A stretch of 32,181 nucleotides of DNA from a virus (lineage: Duplodnaviria > Caudoviricetes), in IMG/VR virus record IMGVR_UViG_3300030330_001729, positions 1-32,181 of that record; one strand, 5' to 3'. Under the pieces are notes generated by a model. It was given only the letters and a program-made list of their open reading frames with translations, was not told the DNA's origin and made no database searches. Positions 7,250 through 17,235 of the stretch are shown here, piece after piece. The position numbers and the translations under genes were made by a program. Within the stretch, counting starts at the first letter, position 1. The number at the start of each line of letters is the position of its first letter.

Positions 7250-9393
7250 TGTACCTTCCATTTGCGACCCTGTGCCAGCAGCATGATGTACATGCGATTT
7301 ACTGGCGAGAGATGGTCAATGATGGGACAAATGATTGGCTTATTAACGACGCATATCGCTCGCCATTTGACGAACTGAGCTTCCCTAAGCTCGCGTTCCA
7401 TTACCCATTAGACGATAGCGTGGTATCTACACCGGGTACGACACGAGAAACAGTCAATGGGCAAATTGGCACTTATGACCAGACCACGCCAACCTTTTCG
7501 ACTGGGCCGACCTCCTCGATCAGCAGTGTTTATGGACGTAACGGCGGAATCAATAACCGCGATGTCCTCACAAGCACAACATCAAAAGTAACTTCCATGA
7601 TGGGACCAATCCCTTCATCAAGTTACTTGAATCCTGCGGGGATTACTGCCTCATTTAGTTTAGCTTGCTGGTTTCGTATCAATGATCTTGATACTTCGTT
7701 TAACCCAAGTGGTGACGATGGCGGCAAAACAAGCATCACGCTTGTAGGTGTGCAGGATCACGATGCTACATTCACTGCCAAAGGCTTTACTGCAAGGCTA
7801 ATTCTACAACGCAGATGTGACAGTGGGGCAATTCCGGGGTTCTGGCTACGAGGGGAAATGAGTGGGTCAAACACCATTCCTGATGCTGGATCTGCAACTA
7901 CCTCAATTACAACAGACCCAGCCGAAACGCCATACGACGCTGCGGTGCAGAATGAGACATGGCATTACGCCGTATTAAATATTGCCGCTGCACCGACCCC
8001 CGGCACAGGAACAATGTCCCTATGGGTCGATGGAACAAAGGTACAACAGCGTACATATAGCGGCCTCACGTTCCCTGCCACACCACGATTTAGAGTTGGA
8101 ATCAACACGACCATAGGCGCATCTACTGACTACTCCATGCGTGATGGTCAAATTGCGTATGTGTCCGCGTATAAAGCACCTTTGAATCAACAAGACCAAA
8201 GGCGGCACTACAACTCAATGCGGCGGCCTTTGGATATGAAGGTCAACCACAATTCCTTCAATAACATGTATTCGACTGAGCCAATGACCTCAGTAGGCAG
8301 CTTTACCGAAACAGACTTGACATATTGTCCTACCGCCCAGCGTGCGCAACATCGCCACGATGGCCGATGGGTAAATATGATTAGGCTTAATTCACCCCTA
8401 TATGACGCTTCGGATGAAACTCTTGATGATGAGCTTGAGCAGTACAACGGAGCGTTACCACGTCACTGGCAGTTAAAGCCCGATTTGGCTGATCCAGGAA
8501 CTTGGACAGCAGACGATAGAGATCAAAAGCATCGCTTCAACTTAATGATGGCGACAGGCGGTTATAGGATTAGACTTGACGGCCCCACAGAAATCGGGTC
8601 AGGCCCGACGATTATTGCCGGGTTTGATGGAGTCAACGCTCCGCGAGGAAGCGCGTACCCAACATCCTCGTCTAATCCAGACAATCAAAATGCGGGTCGA
8701 GATCACACTGTTATTTGGGACATGAAGGGCGGGGGTGAAAACACGCCCCGGATGACATGGACATTCAGTGAGGGTACGAGTAGCTCACTAGAAAATAATG
8801 ACGAAGTTGAGGGAATTGATGGCCCGGACGGCTTTGCCTTATCTCGCACCGGAGCAATCAATGACACAGGAGTCAATAAATTTGACTTCTACTGCCCTTG
8901 GGAAACCACAACTGCGGATCGGGATCAGACAGTCTCGACTTCAACATCTGCTGGCAAATCAAACACATATCAAGCCATTGGCACTGCTGCTGGAAAAACA
9001 GGAATGACCGTACAGGTGGTCAATCCCAATGGCCTCACCAGCGACAACTACAGGGAAGATCGAACTCCAAGTCAATACGAGGGATTTGTATCAGATCCCG
9101 AGGACACTGTTGTTCGTGTAAATCGTCATGGTGAACCAGCGCTGCCAAGATTCCTGTACTGCAATCGAAACTCAAACTCTACGGGCCTAGATGTACCCGC
9201 ACAAGGCAATGACTTCTGTGTAGACCAAAACCGCTATGGCCCTATTGCTGTATTCGGTGAATCATTAAAGGCACATGAAGTGACACGAATTCTTCGTGTA
9301 ATGCACGGACAGCCATTGATGCGAACCCGGCCAGGACTTCGATCACCGCTGCGACACTTTCAGTTGACAGCCCCGACAAGGAGCATGACATGA
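7249..9393 (+). CDS. LamG/concanavalin-A-like domain protein, probable virion fibre/spike or decoration
   Basis: 714 aa; FHYPLDD, SFSLACWFR, TWHYAVL, LWVDG, DGQIAYVSAYKAPLN...HYN pattern typical of LamG-like jellyrolls; Thr/Gly/Ser-rich. Confidence 0.7.
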   Translation: MYLPFATLCQQHDVHAIYWREMVNDGTNDWLINDAYRSPFDELSFPKLAFHYPLDDSVVSTPGTTRETVNGQIGTYDQTTPTFSTGPTSSISSVYGRNGGINNRDVLTSTTSKVTSMMGPIPSSSYLNPAGITASFSLACWFRINDLDTSFNPSGDDGGKTSITLVGVQDHDATFTAKGFTARLILQRRCDSGAIPGFWLRGEMSGSNTIPDAGSATTSITTDPAETPYDAAVQNETWHYAVLNIAAAPTPGTGTMSLWVDGTKVQQRTYSGLTFPATPRFRVGINTTIGASTDYSMRDGQIAYVSAYKAPLNQQDQRRHYNSMRRPLDMKVNHNSFNNMYSTEPMTSVGSFTETDLTYCPTAQRAQHRHDGRWVNMIRLNSPLYDASDETLDDELEQYNGALPRHWQLKPDLADPGTWTADDRDQKHRFNLMMATGGYRIRLDGPTEIGSGPTIIAGFDGVNAPRGSAYPTSSSNPDNQNAGRDHTVIWDMKGGGENTPRMTWTFSEGTSSSLENNDEVEGIDGPDGFALSRTGAINDTGVNKFDFYCPWETTTADRDQTVSTSTSAGKSNTYQAIGTAAGKTGMTVQVVNPNGLTSDNYREDRTPSQYEGFVSDPEDTVVRVNRHGEPALPRFLYCNRNSNSTGLDVPAQGNDFCVDQNRYGPIAVFGESLKAHEVTRILRVMHGQPLMRTRPGLRSPLRHFQLTAPTRSMT

Positions 9394-9782
9394 AAGCGTG
9401 CCATTTGGCACTGTGTGCATTGCTACAGGGATGTTCAATGTTCCCAAAGCAAAGCAACACCAGTGCATCTTCAGCATTTGATGGGATTACAAGTATTGCT
9501 ACGCCCACAACGGACGCTTGCGGCAGCCTCGCAATGCTTTCATGGATTGGCGGACTCTCAATCCTTGGCGGCATAGCGGCTCTAGTAATTACTCGCGGCA
9601 GCATGGGAATGCGTGCCGTAGCTATTGGGGTCGGACTTGTGCTTCTGAATTACGCAGTAGCCCAGTACGCCCATGCAATCTTCGTCCCGATCCTTGTTGG
9701 ATCAGGACTTGTTTCTGTCACCTATGCCTTTGTTGTAGTTCGTAATGCGATAAAAGCAAAATCGGAGTTACCTGAAAAATGA
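9390..9782 (+). CDS. Putative lipoprotein with three C-terminal transmembrane segments
   Basis: AAGGAG RBS; N-terminal MKACHLALCALLQGC lipobox-like sequence; three hydrophobic helices in the C-terminal part. Confidence 0.7.
   Translation: MKACHLALCALLQGCSMFPKQSNTSASSAFDGITSIATPTTDACGSLAMLSWIGGLSILGGIAALVITRGSMGMRAVAIGVGLVLLNYAVAQYAHAIFVPILVGSGLVSVTYAFVVVRNAIKAKSELPEK
9397..9412. repeat. 16-bp palindrome copy 3 (CGTGCCATTTGGCACT, 1 mismatch)
   Basis: 15/16 match; 7 nt into CDS 9390-9782. Confidence 0.8.
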
Positions 9783-9889
9783 TGAGTACCATCTGGTTCA
9801 CGCTTCTCGTCGGCTTTGCCTGCTTTGTTGGAGGCGTTATTTGCCGTCCATACGTGTGCAAATGGCTTCCTGGATCTGGCTGCAAGTAG
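9779..9889 (+). CDS. Small Cys-rich single-TM peptide (36 aa; not in the ORF track)
   Basis: MMSTIWFTLLVGFACFVGGVICRPYVCKWLPGSGCK; GGAG RBS 9764-9767; ATGA overlap with upstream gene; fills the gap before 9896. Confidence 0.65.
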   Translation: MMSTIWFTLLVGFACFVGGVICRPYVCKWLPGSGCK

Positions 9890-9895
9890 GTCGAT

Positions 9896-10747
9896 ATGTC
9901 AGAACTAAAAACAAACAACATCAACACCTACGATGCCACTGATATCAAGCTGAAGTCCGACCTTGTAAGTAACAGCACGGAAAATGTCCTAGTCGGGGGA
10001 GTAGTTACTGCCGGGACCACGACTGCTCCAACGGGAGGTGAGAAACTCAGGGTCAATGGTGATGCGGTAATTACCGGCTCTACTACGCTTGGAAATGCTG
10101 TTACTGTTTCTACAGGCGGAATTGACGTTGACGCTGGCGGAATACAGGTTGACGGCGGACTAATCGTAGACTCTGGAACCTGCCGATTCGATGAGAGTGT
10201 AGAGGTCGTTGCTGGCGGACTCACCGTCACGGCTGGCGGGGCAAGCATTAACGGCACGACTGCCGTTGCGGGCAATACGTCCGTGACTGGCAACATGACC
10301 GTCGCCTCTGGGACCACGAGCCTTGGCGGGGCATTAACTGTTTCTACTGGAGGGGCCACGATTACTGGCGGCCTCGAAGTTGATGGTGTCGCGTTTTCTG
10401 GCGGCGGCGGTGGGACCAACAATATCAAAGCCTCGATTTGTGGTGAGCTTGACCTCACGACTACCACCGATGCCAGCGGCAACGTCACTCGCCAGATGGC
10501 AAATCTGAACACGCAGAATTCCCAAAATGCGTCTATGACCCAAAGTGGACATGACATCGTGGTAACACTAAGCCCTGCGATGAGCGACACGGCGTATCAC
10601 GTGCATGTCAGCGGGGTAAATGTTGAAGTCAATAAAGACAGCACAAGCCAATTTACTTTGGTCTTGAAGCAAGAATGCCACTTGGGCAATGATGAAACGG
10701 AAACCACTTCCGATATGCACATCGGAATACTTGTACTGGACTTCTGA
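9896..10747 (+). CDS. Tail fibre/spike-like protein with repetitive beta shaft
   Basis: 283 aa; repeats such as GGIDVDAGGIQVDGGL and GGLTVTAGGASING; Gly linker then a compact beta C-terminal domain. Confidence 0.7.
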   Translation: MSELKTNNINTYDATDIKLKSDLVSNSTENVLVGGVVTAGTTTAPTGGEKLRVNGDAVITGSTTLGNAVTVSTGGIDVDAGGIQVDGGLIVDSGTCRFDESVEVVAGGLTVTAGGASINGTTAVAGNTSVTGNMTVASGTTSLGGALTVSTGGATITGGLEVDGVAFSGGGGGTNNIKASICGELDLTTTTDASGNVTRQMANLNTQNSQNASMTQSGHDIVVTLSPAMSDTAYHVHVSGVNVEVNKDSTSQFTLVLKQECHLGNDETETTSDMHIGILVLDF

Positions 10748-11379
10748 TGAGAACAACACTTCAAGCTGTTCAGGAAATGGCACGCAGGCTAGGCAAGCAC
10801 CCCCCTGCCGGACTTGACACCGGCGGAAATTCCTTACAGGCACAGCTTGAGCGAGTCCTAGACGATGCTTCTAATTCCGTTCAATCAGAAGGCTGGTTCT
10901 GGAATACTAAGCACAACATTACTGTTACTCCTACTGGTAGCAAGATCCAAGTGAATCAATTGGAAAATGTTGCCGATATAGGTGTGTCGCCCATCTATGC
11001 AACAATTTTCCATGTCGATACTGACGGCACTGATTCCAACGTGAATGTCGTTCGCAATGGTGATTATCTATACAACCTCACGGACAACACCGACACGTTT
11101 ACTAGCAGCATAAAGCTAACCTATACATACAAACGTGAGTTTGAAAATGTCCCAGAGGCGTTCCAGTCCTGGATTATTGCATTGGCGAGTTTCAACTACA
11201 ACCGGCATTACATCGGTGATAAATCAAGCGATGGTGCTTTGCAGGTAGAAATGCAAGACGCACGCCGACAGGCGACACGCGAAGAAATACGATCCGCTGA
11301 TGTCAATGTTTTAAATACGCAGGAAATGCGGCAAATACGGGGTCGCCGTAGAACCCCTGATCGGAGTGTGTACGAGTAA
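10747..11379 (+). CDS. Tail tubular protein A (T7 gp11-like adaptor), copy 1
   Basis: 210 aa; TTLQAVQEM...VQSEGWFWNT...LYNLTDNTDTF...FENVPEAFQSWI motifs. Confidence 0.88.
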   Translation: MRTTLQAVQEMARRLGKHPPAGLDTGGNSLQAQLERVLDDASNSVQSEGWFWNTKHNITVTPTGSKIQVNQLENVADIGVSPIYATIFHVDTDGTDSNVNVVRNGDYLYNLTDNTDTFTSSIKLTYTYKREFENVPEAFQSWIIALASFNYNRHYIGDKSSDGALQVEMQDARRQATREEIRSADVNVLNTQEMRQIRGRRRTPDRSVYE

Positions 11380-12011
11380 TGGCTACAACAGGCATGACTT
11401 TCGTTGAGGCAATCAACGAGCTTGTGGAGACAATCAATGAGTTTCCGATGTCCGGGTCAGCTAAGCCCAGCGCGGCTGATCCTGTTGATTCCACTTCGAT
11501 CTATGCAAGAGCGGAAACATTTATTGACCGCGAAAGCCGTCGCCTGCAGGCTCTTGGGTGGCCTGAGAACACCACTTTGGCCCGGCCTGTCACTGCAGAA
11601 AGTGGCGAGAAGACAGTGCTTGTAGAGTCATTTCTTAGTGTACGCGCTGCCGGTCCTGACCAGCATCGAAGCCTTGTCATGCGAAAAGACGGCACTAACA
11701 CCAAGCTGTTTGATGCTGACAAGCAGTCATTTGACATCACAAGCGATGCCGATGGAACTGTGTATCTCGACACTGTTGAAGAGCTTGACTTTGAGTACCT
11801 GCCAAACCACCTACAGGACGTAATTGTTGCCCGTGCAAAGATGACGTTCCAGCGGCGCATTCAGGGCAATCCTGAGACAGATCAGCAGCTTCTTCAAGAA
11901 TACATGCAGGCTGAACAGTTGGCTTTCCGCAACAAGCCAGACCTCGATCAGAACTTCAACATTCGTCCCATGCTTGGGGCGACTGAGCAACAGGAACAAC
12001 GACGTAGATGA
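11379..12011 (+). CDS. Tail tubular protein A (T7 gp11-like adaptor), copy 2 (divergent paralogue)
   Basis: 210 aa; TFVEAINEL...LQALGWPENT...LFDADKQSF...LDFEYLPNHLQDVIVARAKMTFQ...G, same motif order as copy 1. Confidence 0.8.
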   Translation: MATTGMTFVEAINELVETINEFPMSGSAKPSAADPVDSTSIYARAETFIDRESRRLQALGWPENTTLARPVTAESGEKTVLVESFLSVRAAGPDQHRSLVMRKDGTNTKLFDADKQSFDITSDADGTVYLDTVEELDFEYLPNHLQDVIVARAKMTFQRRIQGNPETDQQLLQEYMQAEQLAFRNKPDLDQNFNIRPMLGATEQQEQRRR

Positions 12012-14542
12012 ATCAACCAGTTATAGAGTCAGTCCCCAGCCTTTCACAAGGCATTTCAAGACAGGCTCCTTCGCTGCGATATCCAGGTCAAGTTGAAGAT
12101 GCCAAGAACGTCAATTTCTCCGTGGTAGACGGAGCAAGGAAACGGCGAGGCACTGTTCCTCTAAAAGAACTTACCGGCAATGCTGGAAGCCAAACTGAAT
12201 ATCGAATTCATCGTATCGAACGAGATGATGGTGAGGAATACGCAATCATCTATGGCACTGGTTACCTGAACATTGTTGATATCAACAGCGGGGCCGAGGC
12301 CCAAATTATCGGCAGCCCTTCAAGCTATCTTGGCAACGCTCGGGCCGATCAAATCAAGTTTTCAACTATTGCAGATGCCACATTTGTAGTAAACAGTGCC
12401 AGACAAGCGTTCTGCACAAACGACACGTGTGATGAAATTGACGCTGCTACGATGCCGCACTTGCTCAAGCGGACGAGTATTAGCCCGCTAAGGTTTTCGT
12501 TTGAAGCTGTCCCGTGGAAAAACAGATCGTTCAACCGGCAAATTATTAAAAAGCGAAGCGATACAAGCTGGGCTTATATCAGCTACAACGGATCAACTTC
12601 GCTGCCACTGCTCTATGACATGGGGGCAGACTATGTACAGAAAGCCATTGAAGGCAATGGCAAAAGCCCGCGTGCATCACTGAAGATCAAGTCTTTCACG
12701 ACTACCGAACAGAATAGCGTTACAGACGAGGCTACAAACCAATCGTGGACGCACGCTAATACGATAACGACTTATCCATTGAATCCTGGAACATGGCCTC
12801 CTGTTTACCAATTTATTGAAACCGACCCATACCCAAACACTATTTGGGCGCAGGCTGTTGAAGGGTTGGCGGCATTCAAATGGGGCAAGGTGATTTGCAC
12901 AGGCGGACCTTTGCATCAGGCTGACACTGTTGTCCAAGTTTCACCAGACATGATTGTGGAACACATGTTGTCCGTTAGCGGCACTACTGTTCTCCGTGGC
13001 GACAACGACACTGACCCCCCTCCCCCATTTGTGCGTGACCCTGTAACTGGCGCAAATGGCGGCATTCCAATCAGGGATATCAGCTTTACCCGCAACCGTC
13101 TTTGTATTGCTTGTGGCGAATACCTTTGTTTTAGCGCCATCGACAATCTGTACCAGTTCTATATGGAAGAGCCTCCCACTCTTACTGATTCGGACCCGAT
13201 TGTCGTTCAACTGGCCTCCTCAGATGTCAGCCTTGTTGACTTTGTAGTCCCGTTCCAAAAGTCACTTATTGTTCTGACCTCTAGCGGGCAGCAATTCGAG
13301 ATGACAGCATCCGAGGCATTTACACAGTCAACTGCTTCCATTTCTCCGTCTACGAAATATGAGACACAGAATTGTCGCCCTGCCCAAATTGGCAACCGAA
13401 TGCTTATGGTTGGCAGTAGCGCTGACTACTCCACGCTCTTGGAGTACGTCAGTAACGAGCGGACACTCAGCAACACTGCTATTGACTTGACAACGCATGT
13501 TGATGATCTTCTGCCTAAAGAATCGCTATCTGTGCTTACTGCGCCATCTCAGGAAATGACTTTCATCATTCCTAAGATTGAAAATGAGGTCGATGTCGGC
13601 AAGACAATAACTTCAAATGCCGATGGGGCATTTAACGCCACTTCAACATGGGTTGGCACGGATACTCCTGACCAGTGGGACACAATCATAGTGACCACCA
13701 TCGTCAGCATGACAGGTACAGAAGCATCGCCTGACTACCCAAGCACTGCACCAGATGACCCATCTGCGGTCGATTCTGTTATGTACGTTCATCGCAGTCA
13801 TACCATTGGCAATGAGCGCAAGCAGTCTGCCTGGTCCCGTTGGACATTTGGCAATGACCGTCTTCAGGACGCTCGTGTCTACGATGACATAATGGTGTTG
13901 CTTCGCAAAGAAAAGGTTGGAGCCTACTGGAAGCTCAAACTTGACACCCTCAACTTGTCAGAAGGCCAAGATTCACCTACTGATTTCCCGTGGAATCCAC
14001 ACCTTGACCATCGGGAATACTTTGGCGGAGGAACTTACACTAGCAATAAGACGCGATGGACCTGTGACGGGCTGACTATTGACACTATCATTACAGAAGA
14101 TGGTGAAGAGTACGCCGCCACGAACAACGGCACATATGTATTCGGTCCTGACAATGTGGACATATCCTCGAAAAAGGTGTACTTGGGCCGGAAGGTCGTG
14201 TCTGAGCTAACCCTGTCAACGATCTTTCCGCGTGATAGACAAGGGCGAGCCAACACAGAGGGCCGCATGTCACTCCAGAAGTTGGTAGTCGGCCATCACC
14301 GGACTTCTGAATACGACATTACAACCACAACAACTAACGCCTTAGCTTTGCCTCGTGCCGAACGATTTACTGCCGCAAGCGCATCGACGCTTGAGACAGG
14401 AAAATCAACAGCCTGGATAAGTGGCAAGAACGACGAGACAACTATCAAGCTGCAGTCTGACAACGCCAAGCCTTGCGTTTGGGTGTCAACTGAAGCTCAT
14501 GGCGTACACAGTACAAGCCTGCGGGAGAACCGAAATGGGTGA
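12008..14542 (+). CDS. Tail tubular protein B (T7 gp12-like nozzle)
   Basis: 844 aa; PSLSQGISRQAPSLRYPGQ, VVDGARKRRG, IRDISFTRNRL, DSDPI, KQSAWSRWTF motifs. Confidence 0.93.
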   Translation: MNQPVIESVPSLSQGISRQAPSLRYPGQVEDAKNVNFSVVDGARKRRGTVPLKELTGNAGSQTEYRIHRIERDDGEEYAIIYGTGYLNIVDINSGAEAQIIGSPSSYLGNARADQIKFSTIADATFVVNSARQAFCTNDTCDEIDAATMPHLLKRTSISPLRFSFEAVPWKNRSFNRQIIKKRSDTSWAYISYNGSTSLPLLYDMGADYVQKAIEGNGKSPRASLKIKSFTTTEQNSVTDEATNQSWTHANTITTYPLNPGTWPPVYQFIETDPYPNTIWAQAVEGLAAFKWGKVICTGGPLHQADTVVQVSPDMIVEHMLSVSGTTVLRGDNDTDPPPPFVRDPVTGANGGIPIRDISFTRNRLCIACGEYLCFSAIDNLYQFYMEEPPTLTDSDPIVVQLASSDVSLVDFVVPFQKSLIVLTSSGQQFEMTASEAFTQSTASISPSTKYETQNCRPAQIGNRMLMVGSSADYSTLLEYVSNERTLSNTAIDLTTHVDDLLPKESLSVLTAPSQEMTFIIPKIENEVDVGKTITSNADGAFNATSTWVGTDTPDQWDTIIVTTIVSMTGTEASPDYPSTAPDDPSAVDSVMYVHRSHTIGNERKQSAWSRWTFGNDRLQDARVYDDIMVLLRKEKVGAYWKLKLDTLNLSEGQDSPTDFPWNPHLDHREYFGGGTYTSNKTRWTCDGLTIDTIITEDGEEYAATNNGTYVFGPDNVDISSKKVYLGRKVVSELTLSTIFPRDRQGRANTEGRMSLQKLVVGHHRTSEYDITTTTTNALALPRAERFTAASASTLETGKSTAWISGKNDETTIKLQSDNAKPCVWVSTEAHGVHSTSLRENRNG

Positions 14543-15167
14543 GCCAGTCTCAACAACTATCGCCGTCATTGGTCTTATGACTTCTGTTGCTGGTGGTATT
14601 TACAGTGGCCTTCAGCAGTCAGAAATGGCTGAAAGACAGAATGAGGCTATTGAGGCTGCAAAGAAACGAGCGGCTCGGAACCTTAAGGTTCAGGCTGGGC
14701 AACACCAGAAGAACAGGGATCTGCTGACACGGACGGCTTTGCGTAAAGCTGACTACGCCGCCCTACAGGAATCTTCCGCTCGTGCTGTGGCACGTGGACG
14801 AGCCAAGGCTGCATTGTCTGCGGGCGGTCGAGTCGCGTCTGCTGGCACATCGTCATTAGCACTACTTGAGCAAATTGAACTTAAGTCTTCGTGGAAGCAG
14901 TACATGATTTCCGAAGGGGCCAACATTGAAGTTCAGAACGCTAACAACGCCTATGACGCTGCAATGATCGGCGCGACACAGCAATACGAGGAACAATGGT
15001 TTGGTATGGATAACCAATTAACCAACTCTGTTGGACAAGGCTTCGGAAGCGGGCTGGCTGGGTTTGGCGGTGGATTGTCTATGACTGCCAGTGGACTTTC
15101 AATTTACAACTCAACAAACCCGCCACCCGGCGACCCCGGCGGGGGAGGTGGCGCACCAGATGGCTGA
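14535..15167 (+). CDS. Internal virion (ejection) protein, T7 gp14-like
   Basis: GGGAG RBS; MGEPVSTTIAVIG start; Ala/Gly/Gln-rich helical 210 aa with Gly-rich hydrophobic C-terminus; position after gp12. Confidence 0.75.
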   Translation: MGEPVSTTIAVIGLMTSVAGGIYSGLQQSEMAERQNEAIEAAKKRAARNLKVQAGQHQKNRDLLTRTALRKADYAALQESSARAVARGRAKAALSAGGRVASAGTSSLALLEQIELKSSWKQYMISEGANIEVQNANNAYDAAMIGATQQYEEQWFGMDNQLTNSVGQGFGSGLAGFGGGLSMTASGLSIYNSTNPPPGDPGGGGGAPDG

Positions 15168-17235
15168 ACGCAATAGAACAGCAGATTTCACAACGGACAC
15201 CAGTACGCCTACGTACAGTATGCCGTCAGCCGCTAGTCCAAATATCCAGTTTGCAGCAACGACCCCCAGATTTCAATCACAGGCTGGCCTTGATCTCGGC
15301 AGAGCATTGCAGCAATTCGGGGCAAGCACTGCTCAGGCTGCTTCTGTAGCCAAGAGCCTTGCAAACAAGAATGCCGCCGCAGGACTCAGTATCCTTGAAG
15401 GCGAGCGAATTGCCACTCAGTTGAAGTTTCGCTACGACGAAAAGAACTTTGAGATGGATATCGCTACCGATGAAGGCACGGTAAATCTCCGCGATTACAC
15501 CCTTGAAAGCATTGGCATTCGCATGGAAGCCAATGGTGGGAATGTGGGCGAGGCGGTGCGTGACACCACATTGGAATTGATTTCCTCACAGTTGCCAGAG
15601 GACGCTTCGGATCTTGAGAAAAGTGCGTACATGAGACGGGCATTCAAGCCTGTGTATGACTCAATGCTCAAGTATTACAACGATGATGTCCTGGCTCCAC
15701 ATAAAGAGCAGATTCAAAATGCTTGGGCGGTCCAATTTGCAGACATAAGCGGCCAGAATAACAAGCCGATTTCCGCTGCAAAGATTTGGGAGACATCAAA
15801 GTCAGCCTCTCAAGGGTACTGGTCACGCGATGAAGTCCCACAGATCATGGTGGACATTGCCGAAGAACACACAGATGACGGCAACTATGATCTAGCTATA
15901 GCTCAAATCAATTTGATTCCAGACGAAGATAGATACAAGACCTTGAAAGATGATGCGCTGAAGCGGGTATCCAAGGTCCGTTTAAGAGAGGTAATACCCC
16001 AGCTTGGTGAGCAACTGGACAGCCTTAACTCTGGAAGTATCTACGCGGGCTTTCCAATAATGAGCGATGATCTTGCCAAAGCCGCGTCTGATATTGCGTC
16101 TGACCCAAACCTAAGTCCATCTGAACGTGGGCAAGTTATAGATGCGATTGAGTCATGGGCAGTCAACTCGACTCTGCCAATGTTTACACGTGACATGGTA
16201 ATCGACCAAATTGATAATACTGTCGAAGCGTTTAGGCCCGGCGGTCTCAGTGATCCTGAATACACCAAGATGAAGTCTCGTATTCCGGGTGAAGATGAAA
16301 TGCGGGCGAAACGAAAAGCCCAAAGAGAGGCTTTAGACGATAAAGCCAATGACCTAATTAGTCAGCACATTCTTCGCGGGAAAACTGAAGTTCCGCCTCC
16401 AAGTGACCAAGTTCTTTATGCCCAGCTTGAGGAAGTGGACCCTGACCAAGCGGCAACATGGCGGCTCCAATACGAAGCAAGGCGTGACAGGGACTTGAAA
16501 GCCGCTGACAAGATGGATCAGGACAAGCAGTACGTCGATCTATCTATGAAACTCAGCAACATTTCTGACCTTACTGAACGACGCACTTACTTCCGCAACA
16601 ACATTTACGGCGAAGAGGGTTATCACGACGGCGTAAATCTCAATAATGAGCAGTTCGATGCCCTTCGCAAAATGGCCGGAATTGGAACTGACTCTGAAGG
16701 AATTGACTTTTCTGCTTACGGTGTTGACTGGGAGGGTTTAATTGAAACCGCTCGAAGCGAGTACGCCGCTGCCGCAGACGGGCAATGGACGCGAACCGGC
16801 GGCGGAGGCGGTCACTGGACCTGGGTAGAAAGAGAACAACCAGACGGCTTTGAGGCAGATTGGAAAAAAGCAGAAAATGAGATGCGATATGAAATCTTCA
16901 TGTTGACTAACGATGAAGAATTTAGATCCAAATTTCTTGCAAGTGATGATGTTGTATACAAGCGAATGCTTGTCCAATCACTATACGACCAAATGTTCAC
17001 CAAGTGGATTGGTCCGAGCATGAGTCAAAAGGAACGCCTAGAGGCAGAGATTCGCAAAGACCAGAGGACCGAAATTCAGACCAAAGAATCTTACAACACT
17101 CCTTGGCCCGAGCGAGAACTAGGCGAAAACTATGGGCTAATTAGATATCGAGGAATTTGGTATCGCGGAGATGCTAAAGAAAAGATGACTGAAACATACA
17201 CCCCGCCAGAAGCAAACAAGGATGATGGTAAATGA
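15160..17235 (+). CDS. Internal virion (ejection) protein, T7 gp15-like position
   Basis: GGAGGTG RBS before ATG 15160; 691 aa helical; DLGRALQQFG N-terminal pattern; call rests mainly on synteny. Confidence 0.65.
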   Translation: MAERNRTADFTTDTSTPTYSMPSAASPNIQFAATTPRFQSQAGLDLGRALQQFGASTAQAASVAKSLANKNAAAGLSILEGERIATQLKFRYDEKNFEMDIATDEGTVNLRDYTLESIGIRMEANGGNVGEAVRDTTLELISSQLPEDASDLEKSAYMRRAFKPVYDSMLKYYNDDVLAPHKEQIQNAWAVQFADISGQNNKPISAAKIWETSKSASQGYWSRDEVPQIMVDIAEEHTDDGNYDLAIAQINLIPDEDRYKTLKDDALKRVSKVRLREVIPQLGEQLDSLNSGSIYAGFPIMSDDLAKAASDIASDPNLSPSERGQVIDAIESWAVNSTLPMFTRDMVIDQIDNTVEAFRPGGLSDPEYTKMKSRIPGEDEMRAKRKAQREALDDKANDLISQHILRGKTEVPPPSDQVLYAQLEEVDPDQAATWRLQYEARRDRDLKAADKMDQDKQYVDLSMKLSNISDLTERRTYFRNNIYGEEGYHDGVNLNNEQFDALRKMAGIGTDSEGIDFSAYGVDWEGLIETARSEYAAAADGQWTRTGGGGGHWTWVEREQPDGFEADWKKAENEMRYEIFMLTNDEEFRSKFLASDDVVYKRMLVQSLYDQMFTKWIGPSMSQKERLEAEIRKDQRTEIQTKESYNTPWPERELGENYGLIRYRGIWYRGDAKEKMTETYTPPEANKDDGK

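Noticed and set aside
9928-10590. 220-aa minus-strand ORF
   Set aside because: Antisense shadow of the repetitive Gly/Thr/Val fibre gene; no independent coding signal
11807-11814. Extra CCACCTAC copy inside tail tubular A copy 2
   Set aside because: Mid-CDS, lacks the ATC prefix and has no suitably placed ATG; one chance 8-mer in 32 kb is unsurprising
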